Below are positions 8,446 to 16,468 of a DNA stretch of 64,000 bases, piece by piece. The notes below the pieces were generated by a model. It was not told the DNA's origin, did no database searches, and was given only the letters and a program-made list of their open reading frames with translations. Position 1 is the stretch's first letter. Each line of letters starts with the position of its first letter. Location of the stretch: the UHGV virus genome UHGV-1430452; one strand, written 5' to 3'. The stretch comes from a virus. Both the position numbers and the translations under genes were made by a program.

Positions 8446-8820
8446 TTACCACTCATCAAACTCATGATAATCTTCGTCCTTGCAGCCACCCTTAGCCCAC
8501 AACAACACCTGTATCAGACGGTCAATATCATACTCTTCAAATATCAAGAATTGTTTGTAACCAAGGTAGTCATTAGTATCGCCATCATAAATCTCAAATG
8601 TCGCCTTAACAGATTCCTCATCGAACACGCTATCCAGATTCCACGGTTCCAACGGCATAACCCCATTAAAAACCCAATCGAAAATATAAAACATAGGATT
8701 TAATTCTCTACCATGATCGACCTTAATCGCTAATCTCTCTTCCAAAACACACGGAGTATACGGAGCAAATATAGTACCAGCTGGCATACGATTAAATGTT
8801 TTAAAATCTACTATCTTCAT
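8446..8820 (-). CDS. hypothetical protein, 124 aa
   Basis: Uninterrupted ORF in the co-directional gene train. No family recognised. Confidence 0.65.
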   Translation of the reverse strand: MKIVDFKTFNRMPAGTIFAPYTPCVLEERLAIKVDHGRELNPMFYIFDWVFNGVMPLEPWNLDSVFDEESVKATFEIYDGDTNDYLGYKQFLIFEEYDIDRLIQVLLWAKGGCKDEDYHEFDEW

Positions 8821-8823
8821 AAT

Positions 8824-9207
8824 TTATTCCTCCTTATCTTTTTCACACCACATTCCAACAAGATCACTATACACTTCTAGCATTTTTACATCTGGTTTAT
8901 CGTGGGTTTTATTATATTCATCAAAATATTCATTGAATGCACAAATACACTTCCAAATATACATTTGTTTAGAATCATTTGTTTCATCCATTTCAGGTCT
9001 TTTTGCTTCCTCCTTGACATTCACTTTAGCCCAAGCGAAATAATGCTCCATATGCTCTCCAGGACCAAAGCCAACACAACGCGTGCTAACTGATAACGTA
9101 ACATCATCGGGTTTTACTTTGTAACCGTTTCGACAACAATAGTCTGCTATAATCTCACAGACATCATCTTCTGATAAATTAATAGTAATGTTCTTATTAA
9201 TATTCAT
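8824..9207 (-). CDS. hypothetical protein, 127 aa
   Basis: Uninterrupted ORF coupled to its neighbours. No family recognised. Confidence 0.65.
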   Translation of the reverse strand: MNINKNITINLSEDDVCEIIADYCCRNGYKVKPDDVTLSVSTRCVGFGPGEHMEHYFAWAKVNVKEEAKRPEMDETNDSKQMYIWKCICAFNEYFDEYNKTHDKPDVKMLEVYSDLVGMWCEKDKEE

Positions 9208-9221
9208 AACTCTAATCCTCC

Positions 9222-9482
9222 TTATCTCACATCAACGTTGCATCCAAAATTAATCAGATAATCGGTAGTACAACCCAACACATGAGACATTCTAGCGATA
9301 ACATCTATTCTAGGGGTACGTTTACATCTCATATAATTAGACATAGCCGACTCAGATATACCGATTAATTTAGCCAATTCTTTTTGATTAATGCCGCATA
9401 AGTCCATACGGTAATTAAGCTTTTCAACGAAGCGTTTTCGCCATTCAATTTCACTAATAGATTTTATAGGAGTCATTTCCAT
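9222..9482 (-). CDS. XRE-family HTH protein
   Basis: INQKELAKLIGISESAMSNYMRCKRTPRIDVIARMSHVLGCTTDYLI. Confidence 0.75.
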   Translation of the reverse strand: MEMTPIKSISEIEWRKRFVEKLNYRMDLCGINQKELAKLIGISESAMSNYMRCKRTPRIDVIARMSHVLGCTTDYLINFGCNVDVR

Positions 9483-9503
9483 AAAAATATCAATCCTCCT
9501 TAC

Positions 9504-9674
9504 TTACTTCTCTTCTTGGTACATTCTCTCTAAAGCAGTTCTAAATACATCAGCAGCACTCATACCTGTTGACTTACGAACCTTCTCTAAAATATCTAAT
9601 TCTTTCCTATTAACACGAACTAGATATCTTGTATCTCTAGGATCTGCTATCGGTTTTCTACCTCTCTTCGCCAT
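9504..9674 (-). CDS. ribbon-helix-helix-like small protein, 56 aa
   Basis: Hand-translated MAKRGRKPIADPRDTRYLVRVNRKELDILEKVRKSTGMSAADVFRTALERMYQEEK. Clear paralog of 12151..12354. Confidence 0.6.
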   Translation of the reverse strand: MAKRGRKPIADPRDTRYLVRVNRKELDILEKVRKSTGMSAADVFRTALERMYQEEK

Positions 9675-9713
9675 ACATATCGCCTCCCTTCTATGACAGA
9701 TACCATTAATACG

Positions 9714-9762
9714 AAAAACAAAAGAAGAGCCTCAACTAAATATCAATCTAGTCAAAGCTCTC
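9714..9762 (-). terminator. intrinsic terminator
   Basis: Minus strand GAGCTTTGACTAGATTGATATTTAGTTGAGGCTC hairpin followed by TTCTTTTGTTTTT. Confidence 0.7.
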
Positions 9763-9928
9763 CCACATCAATTAATCTTTAAGATAACCAACTTTATATA
9801 AGAATCTTCCTACAACTGCCCAAAACTTCTGTCTGAGTGTCATATAGATCCCTCCTTTCTATTTGGTTTCTTTTCATAATAGGCGTTGTTAATATCACGA
9901 AAGAAAAAGAGAGAAGAAGTATATCTCA

Positions 9929-10052
9929 GCTACACGTTTCTCTGCATCCATTTAAAGACACATTCACTGGTCAGTTCCAGTCCCACTAATATACTTTGAT
10001 GCTACACGTTTCTCCATACATAAGTATGTTCACTGGTCAGTTCCAGTCCCAC
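9929..10052. repeat. tandem direct repeat (58 + 52 bp) in a non-coding gap
   Basis: GCTACACGTTTCTC...TTCACTGGTCAGTTCCAGTCCCAC occurs twice (9929-9986 and 10001-10052). Each copy contains hairpin ACTGG/CCAGT. Confidence 0.8.
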
Positions 10053-10134
10053 ATCAACTTTTATTCTTCTCTCATAATATAAAATGTATTTTTCGCGAAT
10101 AAAAAGAAGAGGCTGTAAAAGCCCCTTACTTGTT

Positions 10135-10518
10135 TTACTTAATTTTAATTGAGTCGTATTCCTCCTTAAATTTATTAAGCTTTTCCGTAAGTTCTTTTAA
10201 CTCCTCTTCATATCTTTGTTTTACTATTAATGACACTTCGGAATTGTGTTTGTCACATCCTTCGATTTTAGAGACTCGATAAGCTATCTTTCTGTTCAGT
10301 GTTCCTATAGCTTCTTCAAGAGCACCTTCTTTTACCACATCTCTCACGAACTCTATAGTTTCAGTGTTATTCTTTATCTGTATATGATTCTTACATATAA
10401 AGAACGTTACCAATCCTATAGAAACACATGAGACACCGGCAATTATTTTGCCATTGTTGTCCATAACCACTTCTTTGAAAGACCTCTTTCCTTTCTCTTT
10501 AACATCGTGCTTCTTCAT
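10135..10518 (-). CDS. membrane-anchored coiled-coil protein, 127 aa
   Basis: TM segment IIAGVSCVSIGLVTFFIC followed by a charged helical C-terminus. Confidence 0.6.
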   Translation of the reverse strand: MKKHDVKEKGKRSFKEVVMDNNGKIIAGVSCVSIGLVTFFICKNHIQIKNNTETIEFVRDVVKEGALEEAIGTLNRKIAYRVSKIEGCDKHNSEVSLIVKQRYEEELKELTEKLNKFKEEYDSIKIK

Positions 10519-10595
10519 ATCAAATACCTCCTTTAGAAATTAATAGTTTTTCATAAAGGGGTATGTAATTTACGCGATCACAAAAACCTCAAATA

Positions 10596-10856
10596 TCAAT
10601 CCTCACTCTCTTTTTCTTCAAACATATCTGGTCTAGCGTATAAAGCTGCTTCAACCTCTTCTTCAGTCATTAGTGGTTTAATAGAACATCTGTCAAAATC
10701 CTGGTCATTAAATCTTACAACCATACCTTTTATCCCTTCATTCTGAGCGTGGATTGCTACAAGATCCATACAGGTTCTGAAAGTCCTCTTATCCACCGAC
10801 AATCCAGCTTTTACTTCTACGTTAACTTCTCCGATAATATTCTTTTTACTTTCCAT
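10596..10856 (-). CDS. hypothetical protein, 86 aa
   Basis: Uninterrupted ORF. Promoter motif at 10551-10577 lies downstream of its stop. No family recognised. Confidence 0.6.
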   Translation of the reverse strand: MESKKNIIGEVNVEVKAGLSVDKRTFRTCMDLVAIHAQNEGIKGMVVRFNDQDFDRCSIKPLMTEEEVEAALYARPDMFEEKESED

Positions 10857-10859
10857 AAT

Positions 10860-11150
10860 TCAATCCTCCTTCGTTTTATCTGCCATATCTCGAATAAGCA
10901 CAATCTCATTGATATCATCCTCAATACGACGATAAATGCTATCAAATTTTTCCTGATAACGATACATGTCTTGCAAATAGAAACTATGTATACGACTGTC
11001 TCGCTTACCGAAATTGACGATAACAGTTATGTATAAACCATCAAATTGGATATTAATTGGTATATCATTCGCGCACCCAAGATCTCGTAACATCATTAAT
11101 GCGGTAGTTACGTTAGTTATCATGTTGGTTTCATCGTTATAAAACTTCAT
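10860..11150 (-). CDS. hypothetical protein, 96 aa
   Basis: Uninterrupted ORF. C-terminal ...KED is encoded by the next gene's RBS cassette. Confidence 0.6.
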   Translation of the reverse strand: MKFYNDETNMITNVTTALMMLRDLGCANDIPINIQFDGLYITVIVNFGKRDSRIHSFYLQDMYRYQEKFDSIYRRIEDDINEIVLIRDMADKTKED

Positions 11151-11156
11151 AAAATA

Positions 11157-11417
11157 TCAATCCTCCAATGGCTTACCAGAACAATCCACCTCGATCATCT
11201 CTGGATTAGTATGTAACGTTTTCCCAAACTCCATTAATTCGGTAAGTAATTTGTTAAACTTAATAATAAATTCTTTAAGTGCCTCCTCACGAGTTTCGCC
11301 ATACCCTTCGATAGTATAAATAGTATAGTCATCAAAATCTGCGCTTACGGTATGAGACTGCCACCTACCTTTTCCATCGTCATTATGTGTTAACTTCATA
11401 AACTCAATCCTCCTCAC
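11157..11417 (-). CDS. hypothetical protein, 86 aa
   Basis: Uninterrupted coupled ORF. No family recognised. Confidence 0.6.
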   Translation of the reverse strand: MRRIEFMKLTHNDDGKGRWQSHTVSADFDDYTIYTIEGYGETREEALKEFIIKFNKLLTELMEFGKTLHTNPEMIEVDCSGKPLED

Positions 11418-11695
11418 AACATTTCATCAGCTAATTCCAAACAAATCTCTCTGGCCTGATCCCAAATATCAATCTCAAATGACACTCTCTTATATTCTTC
11501 CGAAAGAGATGTGTATCGGTCACTAAGCTCCATGTATTCACGGTAGCTTAATGATTCTTCACCATCTTTTAGTTTTCTATCAATCTCAATCATCTCTCTC
11601 GATACAGCACATTTCTTTTTAATACACTCTACGTACTTATCGCTCATGGCCTGCCTTACTGCGGTGTTGTATTTGGTGATACTTTCTTTACTCAT
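11414..11695 (-). CDS. hypothetical protein, 93 aa
   Basis: Uninterrupted ORF with a 4-nt overlap with the downstream gene. Confidence 0.6.
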   Translation of the reverse strand: MSKESITKYNTAVRQAMSDKYVECIKKKCAVSREMIEIDRKLKDGEESLSYREYMELSDRYTSLSEEYKRVSFEIDIWDQAREICLELADEML

Positions 11696-11701
11696 AAAAT
11701 A

Positions 11702-11959
11702 TCAATCCTCCTTCTTGATGACGTCTATGCTAGCCTGAGCTAAAACAAAACCATCCATGTAATCAGTATCGATATCAACTGTAATTTGTTGTTTCAACTG
11801 ATCGGTAAATAACCCTGCGATATCTTCTGAAATACTGTCGGCCGGTGTGTCTGATCTGTAAATTTTATTAACACGATACTTTATAATATCTTTTGTTGGT
11901 TCTTTAAGTCTTTTTAACTCTCTTTTTAACTTTTTATTCTTGATTTTAAGATTACTCAT
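11702..11959 (-). CDS. hypothetical protein, 85 aa
   Basis: Uninterrupted coupled ORF. No family recognised. Confidence 0.6.
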   Translation of the reverse strand: MSNLKIKNKKLKRELKRLKEPTKDIIKYRVNKIYRSDTPADSISEDIAGLFTDQLKQQITVDIDTDYMDGFVLAQASIDVIKKED

Positions 11960-11966
11960 AAAAACA

Positions 11967-12167
11967 TCATTCCTCCTTACTTCTTCTAACTTCCATTTCT
12001 AACCCAGATTGTATCCAACATCTTCTACATTTACTCTCATCATAGCCAGTAACACCACAGTTACAGCGCTCAGATGATTGTAAATCATAATCGTATGGAC
12101 AATTAAACTCGACTAATAAATCGAGCATCGTTTCTTTCTGATTTTCATTATCAAATATCATTTTCAT
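11967..12167 (-). CDS. small Cys-rich protein, 66 aa
   Basis: CPYD...CNCGVTGYDESKCRRC suggests a zinc-binding fold. Confidence 0.55.
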   Translation of the reverse strand: MKMIFDNENQKETMLDLLVEFNCPYDYDLQSSERCNCGVTGYDESKCRRCWIQSGLEMEVRRSKEE

Positions 12168-12354
12168 CGTTTAACACACCTCGCTCCGATTCCTTCTCAT
12201 ATAACTTCTCCAAAGCCACTCTAAAAACATCGGCCTGTCCCATACCAGTCATCTTGCAGCAATCCTCTAGCATTTTATTTTCTTTATCATTTATACGTAT
12301 CATGTAATGTTTCTTCCTCGGGTCTTTACTATAAGGTCTCCCTCGTCTGCCCAT
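12151..12354 (-). CDS. ribbon-helix-helix-like protein, 67 aa
   Basis: MGRRGRPYSKDPRKKHYMIRINDKENKMLEDCCKMTGMGQADVFRVALEKLY. Paralog of 9504..9674. Confidence 0.6.
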   Translation of the reverse strand: MGRRGRPYSKDPRKKHYMIRINDKENKMLEDCCKMTGMGQADVFRVALEKLYEKESERGVLNDENDI

Positions 12355-12394
12355 CGGTAATCACCTCCAATCAAATATGCTTAACTTTAAATGC

Positions 12395-12426
12395 AAAAAG
12401 AGAAGACCCACATCCGAGCCTTCTCC
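12395..12426 (-). terminator. intrinsic terminator
   Basis: Minus strand GAGAAGGCTCGGATGTGGGTCTTCTC hairpin followed by TTTTTG. Confidence 0.7.
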
Positions 12427-12433
12427 CATCAAT

Positions 12434-12643
12434 TTAACTATTATGTATTTTACCAGCGATAGCGTGTAGCAGATCCCTCTCATACTGTGTACGAAGCAGC
12501 ACGATTTTCTCGATAGCTAAATCACGAACTGCCTTTCTAGTACCAGGACTTTCAACCAAAGATTCGATAAATAAATCGTCTAAAATCTCTTCAAGGCCTT
12601 TCTTGAAATTCTCATTTCTTTCGGTAACACTGTAATCACTCAT
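12434..12643 (-). CDS. hypothetical protein, 69 aa
   Basis: Uninterrupted ORF upstream of the terminator. No family recognised. Confidence 0.55.
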   Translation of the reverse strand: MSDYSVTERNENFKKGLEEILDDLFIESLVESPGTRKAVRDLAIEKIVLLRTQYERDLLHAIAGKIHNS

Positions 12644-12698
12644 TTTATTATACTAACCTCTTTTCTTGTAACCTACATACGGCTTAATATATGATGCA

Positions 12699-13034
12699 TC
12701 AAATATCGCCTTCTTTTCTATGCTGACTCTTCTCACTGTCAAACCCATCAGGATACCTCTCCATAAGTTTGCATAAGTTAGTCTCCATAATAGTCTGAAG
12801 ATCATAACCGATAGCTTTAGCACTGATTGCCAAATACCAAGCAACATCTCCAAGCTCTTTTGCGATATGCTTTCTATCGAGTTCATGACCCTGAAACAAA
12901 TGCTTCTTGAGAATATCGATACACTCTCCGGCCTCTCCATTAAGACCCATAAGACCATTTTGAAGCTGCTCCATGTCTGTTAACTCCTGGTTTGCTGATC
13001 TCCATGCTCCATCCTGATATGCGTTAATTTCCAT
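12699..13034 (-). CDS. mazG: MazG-like nucleoside triphosphate pyrophosphohydrolase
   Basis: LNGEAGECIDILKKHLFQGHELDRKHIAKELGDVAWYLAISAKAIGYDLQTIMETNLCKLMERYP matches the EAGE...ELGDxxWY MazG core. Confidence 0.8.
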   Translation of the reverse strand: MEINAYQDGAWRSANQELTDMEQLQNGLMGLNGEAGECIDILKKHLFQGHELDRKHIAKELGDVAWYLAISAKAIGYDLQTIMETNLCKLMERYPDGFDSEKSQHRKEGDI

Positions 13035-13133
13035 TTCTTTCTTTCTCCTTTTCTTATGCTATAATTATTTCGGATAAATAGACAAAACCCCTAGAAACGC
13101 CGTATAAAGCGTCACAGGGGCATTCTTAGAGGG

Positions 13134-13625
13134 TTAATCGCACCACAACACAATCTGTCCAAGTTCTCTAGTTCTCTTTACATCTATAACTCTTTGATTT
13201 GAGCTTCCTCTCCATTTCAACTGTACATCTCTGAGTTTCTCGACATACGGTCCGTCTACCAAAACATCAATGTACTCCATAACCGGTAGATCTTTAACCG
13301 CTTCATATGTATATCCGGTGTAAAGCCAGATCGTTTTGTTTGGGAAAGATGCTTTTACTATTTCGCATAGTGTCAAAATATCCCATCGGTTTCCTTCAAA
13401 CAACGGATCTCCACCCGATAAAGTCAAACCGGAAATATAATCTTCATCGAGTAGATCTTCGAGTTCCTCCCAAGCATTTCCATCAAACAACAATCCATCA
13501 TCAGGGTTCCAAGTAACAGGATTCTGACATCCAGGGCATTCATGATCGCAGCCGGCAACCCATAGGACTACACGAAGACCGTCTCCGTTTTTCATATCGT
13601 CTTTCGTAATATCATGGTATCTCAT
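13134..13625 (-). CDS. nrdG: anaerobic ribonucleotide reductase activating protein (radical SAM)
   Basis: MKNGDGLRVVLWVAGCDHECPGCQNPVTW and SGGDPL motifs. The 163-aa size is typical of NrdG. Confidence 0.8.
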   Translation of the reverse strand: MRYHDITKDDMKNGDGLRVVLWVAGCDHECPGCQNPVTWNPDDGLLFDGNAWEELEDLLDEDYISGLTLSGGDPLFEGNRWDILTLCEIVKASFPNKTIWLYTGYTYEAVKDLPVMEYIDVLVDGPYVEKLRDVQLKWRGSSNQRVIDVKRTRELGQIVLWCD

Positions 13626-13660
13626 TTACTATCACCTCCATCATTCAGTTTCACATTTGT

Positions 13661-13900
13661 TTATATATTCCATTCGTCAAGATCATCCTCGTTATTATCA
13701 ATAGCTTTCTTTGCCTCAGCAGTTGATGCCTTGATATGACGATAAATAACTTTGCTAATAACCGCAACGACTAAAACTGGCCATATAGCTATGAGAATCA
13801 ATGATTTAGGCTCTTCTGGATCTTTCTTAGCGACCTCATCAATAAGAGAACCCATACAAAAATATAACAATGCAGCACAAAACCATTCAAAACCTGTCAT
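13661..13900 (-). CDS. small membrane protein, 79 aa (2 TM)
   Basis: Hydrophobic stretches FEWFCAALLYFCMGSLI and LILIAIWPVLVVAVISKVI. Confidence 0.55.
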   Translation of the reverse strand: MTGFEWFCAALLYFCMGSLIDEVAKKDPEEPKSLILIAIWPVLVVAVISKVIYRHIKASTAEAKKAIDNNEDDLDEWNI

Positions 13901-13913
13901 AATATCTCCTTTC

Positions 13914-14237
13914 TTAATCTACACATTTAACTTCGATGCCTGTCTCTTCTTCAAGTTCGCGGAAATAATCTTCCATTGTTTTACTTCCGTCTTCGATAGC
14001 GCCCATAAGCTCGTCAACGTACTCTAATGTCTTAGCGATACGCTTACTTCCGAATTTATGAATCCTATGTTCAGCCAGTGCGAAACAAGACATCAGGGCC
14101 TCCGTACTAAATGTGGAAGCCCTATCTGAAATATCTTTCTTGATCTTAGCAAGTTCATACTTGTCGATCACGACCTGATTTTTCTTGTTCTCAATCCTTT
14201 CTAATCGTTCGCGCATTCTCCTTTCAGCACGTCCCAT
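13914..14237 (-). CDS. hypothetical protein, 107 aa
   Basis: Uninterrupted ORF. No family recognised. Confidence 0.6.
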   Translation of the reverse strand: MGRAERRMRERLERIENKKNQVVIDKYELAKIKKDISDRASTFSTEALMSCFALAEHRIHKFGSKRIAKTLEYVDELMGAIEDGSKTMEDYFRELEEETGIEVKCVD

Positions 14238-14241
14238 ACTT

Positions 14242-14511
14242 TTAATCCTCCTTTAAAAACGTATCTTCAAACTCCAAATCAGGCATAAAATTAGCGCATA
14301 TACTATCGTAGCGATAATCATAAAACTCGATCTCACTAACGAATATGAATATGCGCCCATCTTTTAAATAAATTATTCGTTCGGATACGTGTAACTCAGC
14401 AATGTCTTGTGCAATGTCACTCTTAGTCATAAACCGTTCAAATATATTTTGTGCCATCCGGTTGGTTCTTGATATTATTATGTATAAATTAGTATTTGGT
14501 TTTTCTGACAT
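14242..14511 (-). CDS. hypothetical protein, 89 aa
   Basis: Uninterrupted ORF ending in ...LKED. No family recognised. Confidence 0.55.
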   Translation of the reverse strand: MSEKPNTNLYIIISRTNRMAQNIFERFMTKSDIAQDIAELHVSERIIYLKDGRIFIFVSEIEFYDYRYDSICANFMPDLEFEDTFLKED

Positions 14512-14674
14512 TATTTGATCCTTTCAATGCGTAGGGAGTACGATCAAACCATTTTCTAGCTTTCGAATAGTTTTCCTTTTCTCGCCCTAAACTTTCACAT
14601 CTAGAATATTCAGCGTGTTTATTGAAACCTATCACTTTCTTAGAATGGCTTTTGTCCACATCCACATATCTCAT
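14489..14674 (-). CDS. hypothetical basic protein, 61 aa
   Basis: Uninterrupted ORF with an ATGA overlap with the upstream small ORF. Confidence 0.5.
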   Translation of the reverse strand: MRYVDVDKSHSKKVIGFNKHAEYSRCESLGREKENYSKARKWFDRTPYALKGSNNVRKTKY

Positions 14675-14829
14675 TTCTTTTTCTCCTTGTAATATACAGG
14701 TTTATGAGAGTTAAGATTTGTCGGTTCATCGAGACAATCAAAACACGGATCTTCCCATTCTTCTTTATCCTCATGTCGGCACGATTTACAATACTCAAAA
14801 TAAACCTCTTTTTCATCATTTGGCCGCAT
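14671..14829 (-). CDS. small Cys-rich protein, 52 aa
   Basis: Hand-translated MRPNDEKEVYFEYCKSCRHEDKEEWEDPCFDCLDEPTNLNSHKPVYYKEKKK (CxxC...CxxC). AGGAG-type RBS. Confidence 0.5.
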   Translation of the reverse strand: MRPNDEKEVYFEYCKSCRHEDKEEWEDPCFDCLDEPTNLNSHKPVYYKEKKK

Positions 14830-14861
14830 CTCGGTTTCCTCCTTTCTAAAAAAGAGAAGCC

Positions 14862-15023
14862 CTAATTGGACTCCTTTTGAGTTACTTCATTCTTTTCGGT
14901 GCTATTCTTTTCTTCGTTTTTGTTACGTTTCCCGCTCGCCATATTCAACGCAAATATAACAGTGGAAACAATACCTGCAATGTAGCTCAGTACGATAATC
15001 GCTAAAATCTCTGTGAATGCCAT
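14862..15023 (-). CDS. small membrane protein, 53 aa
   Basis: Hand-translated MAFTEILAIIVLSYIAGIVSTVIFALNMASGKRNK... GGAGG RBS directly upstream. Confidence 0.5.
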   Translation of the reverse strand: MAFTEILAIIVLSYIAGIVSTVIFALNMASGKRNKNEEKNSTEKNEVTQKESN

Positions 15024-15026
15024 AAT

Positions 15027-15707
15027 TTAATCCTCCTTTTTAGATCCGGTGATAAGTTCTGAATATGGAAGAGTTTCGATCCATCTACAGAATTCTCTCC
15101 ACTCATCGAGCTTGTGGTTTTTTCTCTGGTGATACATGGCTGCCAGGACTTCATAATTGAGCATAACAGTACGTTTCTGGTTATAGCTGCTCGGAAGAAG
15201 CTGAATCATCTGCCACCAACAGCCTTTGTCTTTAGATTTTAAATAAGATTCACGGCACCAGTTTAACTGCTCTATTGTGGTATTAAGAACGGATAATGAT
15301 GCTTTGCATAAATGTTCACAACTAAAATCCTCCAGCGTAAATTCCTTCGCATGAATCTTGTGCATAGTTGAGCAAGAGTTAGCAACAGTACCGATTTTAT
15401 AAGTATCGAACTCCTTCCACCAATACAAAGGCGCTGTAATATCCACATACACAGTAATCATCCGCATAAATTTACGATGCTCTGTACCAGCGTTCCGAAG
15501 TCTTTTCATAAGGTCGAGGTCGTTTGGCCCGATTATAAAACGGCATGTATTACCGCACCAATCCGGTTTGAAACCACACGATTTACAAAGACCAGTATCG
15601 CATCCGTTACTACTATCACTCTTCTCCCAACTATTCATCGGATTCCGCATACCTCTAATGGCAGCTTCCCATCCCATAACTTCTACATTCTCAATTTTAA
15701 TACTCAT
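15027..15707 (-). CDS. divergent ThyX-like (flavin-dependent thymidylate synthase fold) protein
   Basis: GTEHRKFMRMITVYVDITAPLYWWKEFDTYKIGTVANSCSTMH aligns to ThyX [27 protein letters not shown].SGRY. The RHR and SxRY catalytic motifs are replaced. A Cys-rich insert NGCDTGLCKSCGFKPDWCGNTC is present. Confidence 0.5.
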   Translation of the reverse strand: MSIKIENVEVMGWEAAIRGMRNPMNSWEKSDSSNGCDTGLCKSCGFKPDWCGNTCRFIIGPNDLDLMKRLRNAGTEHRKFMRMITVYVDITAPLYWWKEFDTYKIGTVANSCSTMHKIHAKEFTLEDFSCEHLCKASLSVLNTTIEQLNWCRESYLKSKDKGCWWQMIQLLPSSYNQKRTVMLNYEVLAAMYHQRKNHKLDEWREFCRWIETLPYSELITGSKKED

Positions 15708-15719
15708 AATTTAATCCTC

Positions 15720-16463
15720 CTATTCAAGCCAATTGTTATCTAAATAATAAAATCCAATTACACAAGCGATAATTAACACAATCCATACTACCCAAAAGAA
15801 TATAAGCCACCCGTTTCCGTATTTTAATGTCTCGTACGTTTCATCAATGCTCATATTGTTATAGAAATTAGTGTTATCAGGTATGGTTCCGTCTTTTAAC
15901 CTGGCAAATATAGTTCCTTTGAATTTGGTTGGTGTACCATAATACTTATATCGAACGTCACTAGATTCCTTAAGGGTATCGATATAATCCGGTGATGGAA
16001 TATTGATTTTACTAGACGGAAAAGTAACACCACAAAATATCAATTCTTTGCAGGTCTTATCCTCGCTTCCAACCCTATCCCATGTCCAGTAGTACTCTGT
16101 TCTTGTATGTGTGGTTCTATTTTTGCCAGAACCGGTAGTATAAGTGACAATTCGAGTATGCATTGTATATCGCTCTTTCACTTTTTCGACATACATATAT
16201 TTTCCGTCTATTTCCGGATAAGTAACCGTGTCAACAGCTTTTAGATTTCCATTCACAAAAGCGTTTCCGACATTGGTCCTCATACCATACTCGAATATAT
16301 CGGACTCTTTGATTTTTACTGCTTTGTTGTAGATCTCATTCTTATCCATTTGGTGCTCCGAAATCTTACTAGAAATCAGAACACCAATAAGTAATAGAAT
16401 GGCTATAATAGAAATACTGGCTAACACTTCCCTTTTAGTTATTTCAATATCATAGTCTCCCAT
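15720..16463 (-). CDS. membrane protein with N- and C-terminal TM helices, 247 aa
   Basis: TM segments LASISIIAILLLIGVLI and WLIFFWVVWIVLIIACVIGFYY. It lies immediately downstream of lemA. Confidence 0.6.
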   Translation of the reverse strand: MGDYDIEITKREVLASISIIAILLLIGVLISSKISEHQMDKNEIYNKAVKIKESDIFEYGMRTNVGNAFVNGNLKAVDTVTYPEIDGKYMYVEKVKERYTMHTRIVTYTTGSGKNRTTHTRTEYYWTWDRVGSEDKTCKELIFCGVTFPSSKINIPSPDYIDTLKESSDVRYKYYGTPTKFKGTIFARLKDGTIPDNTNFYNNMSIDETYETLKYGNGWLIFFWVVWIVLIIACVIGFYYLDNNWLE

Positions 16464-16468
16464 ATTAT

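Noticed and set aside
12653-12958. 101-aa minus-strand ORF
   Set aside because: It overlaps the well-supported MazG ORF (12699..13034) in another frame and has a low-complexity, implausible sequence.
13047-13075. Additional weak promoter-motif variants (13047-13075 TATCCGAAATAATTATAGCAT and 17851-17876)
   Set aside because: Only part of the consensus is retained and the CGCGA core is missing. They are too degenerate to count among the ~35 confident copies.
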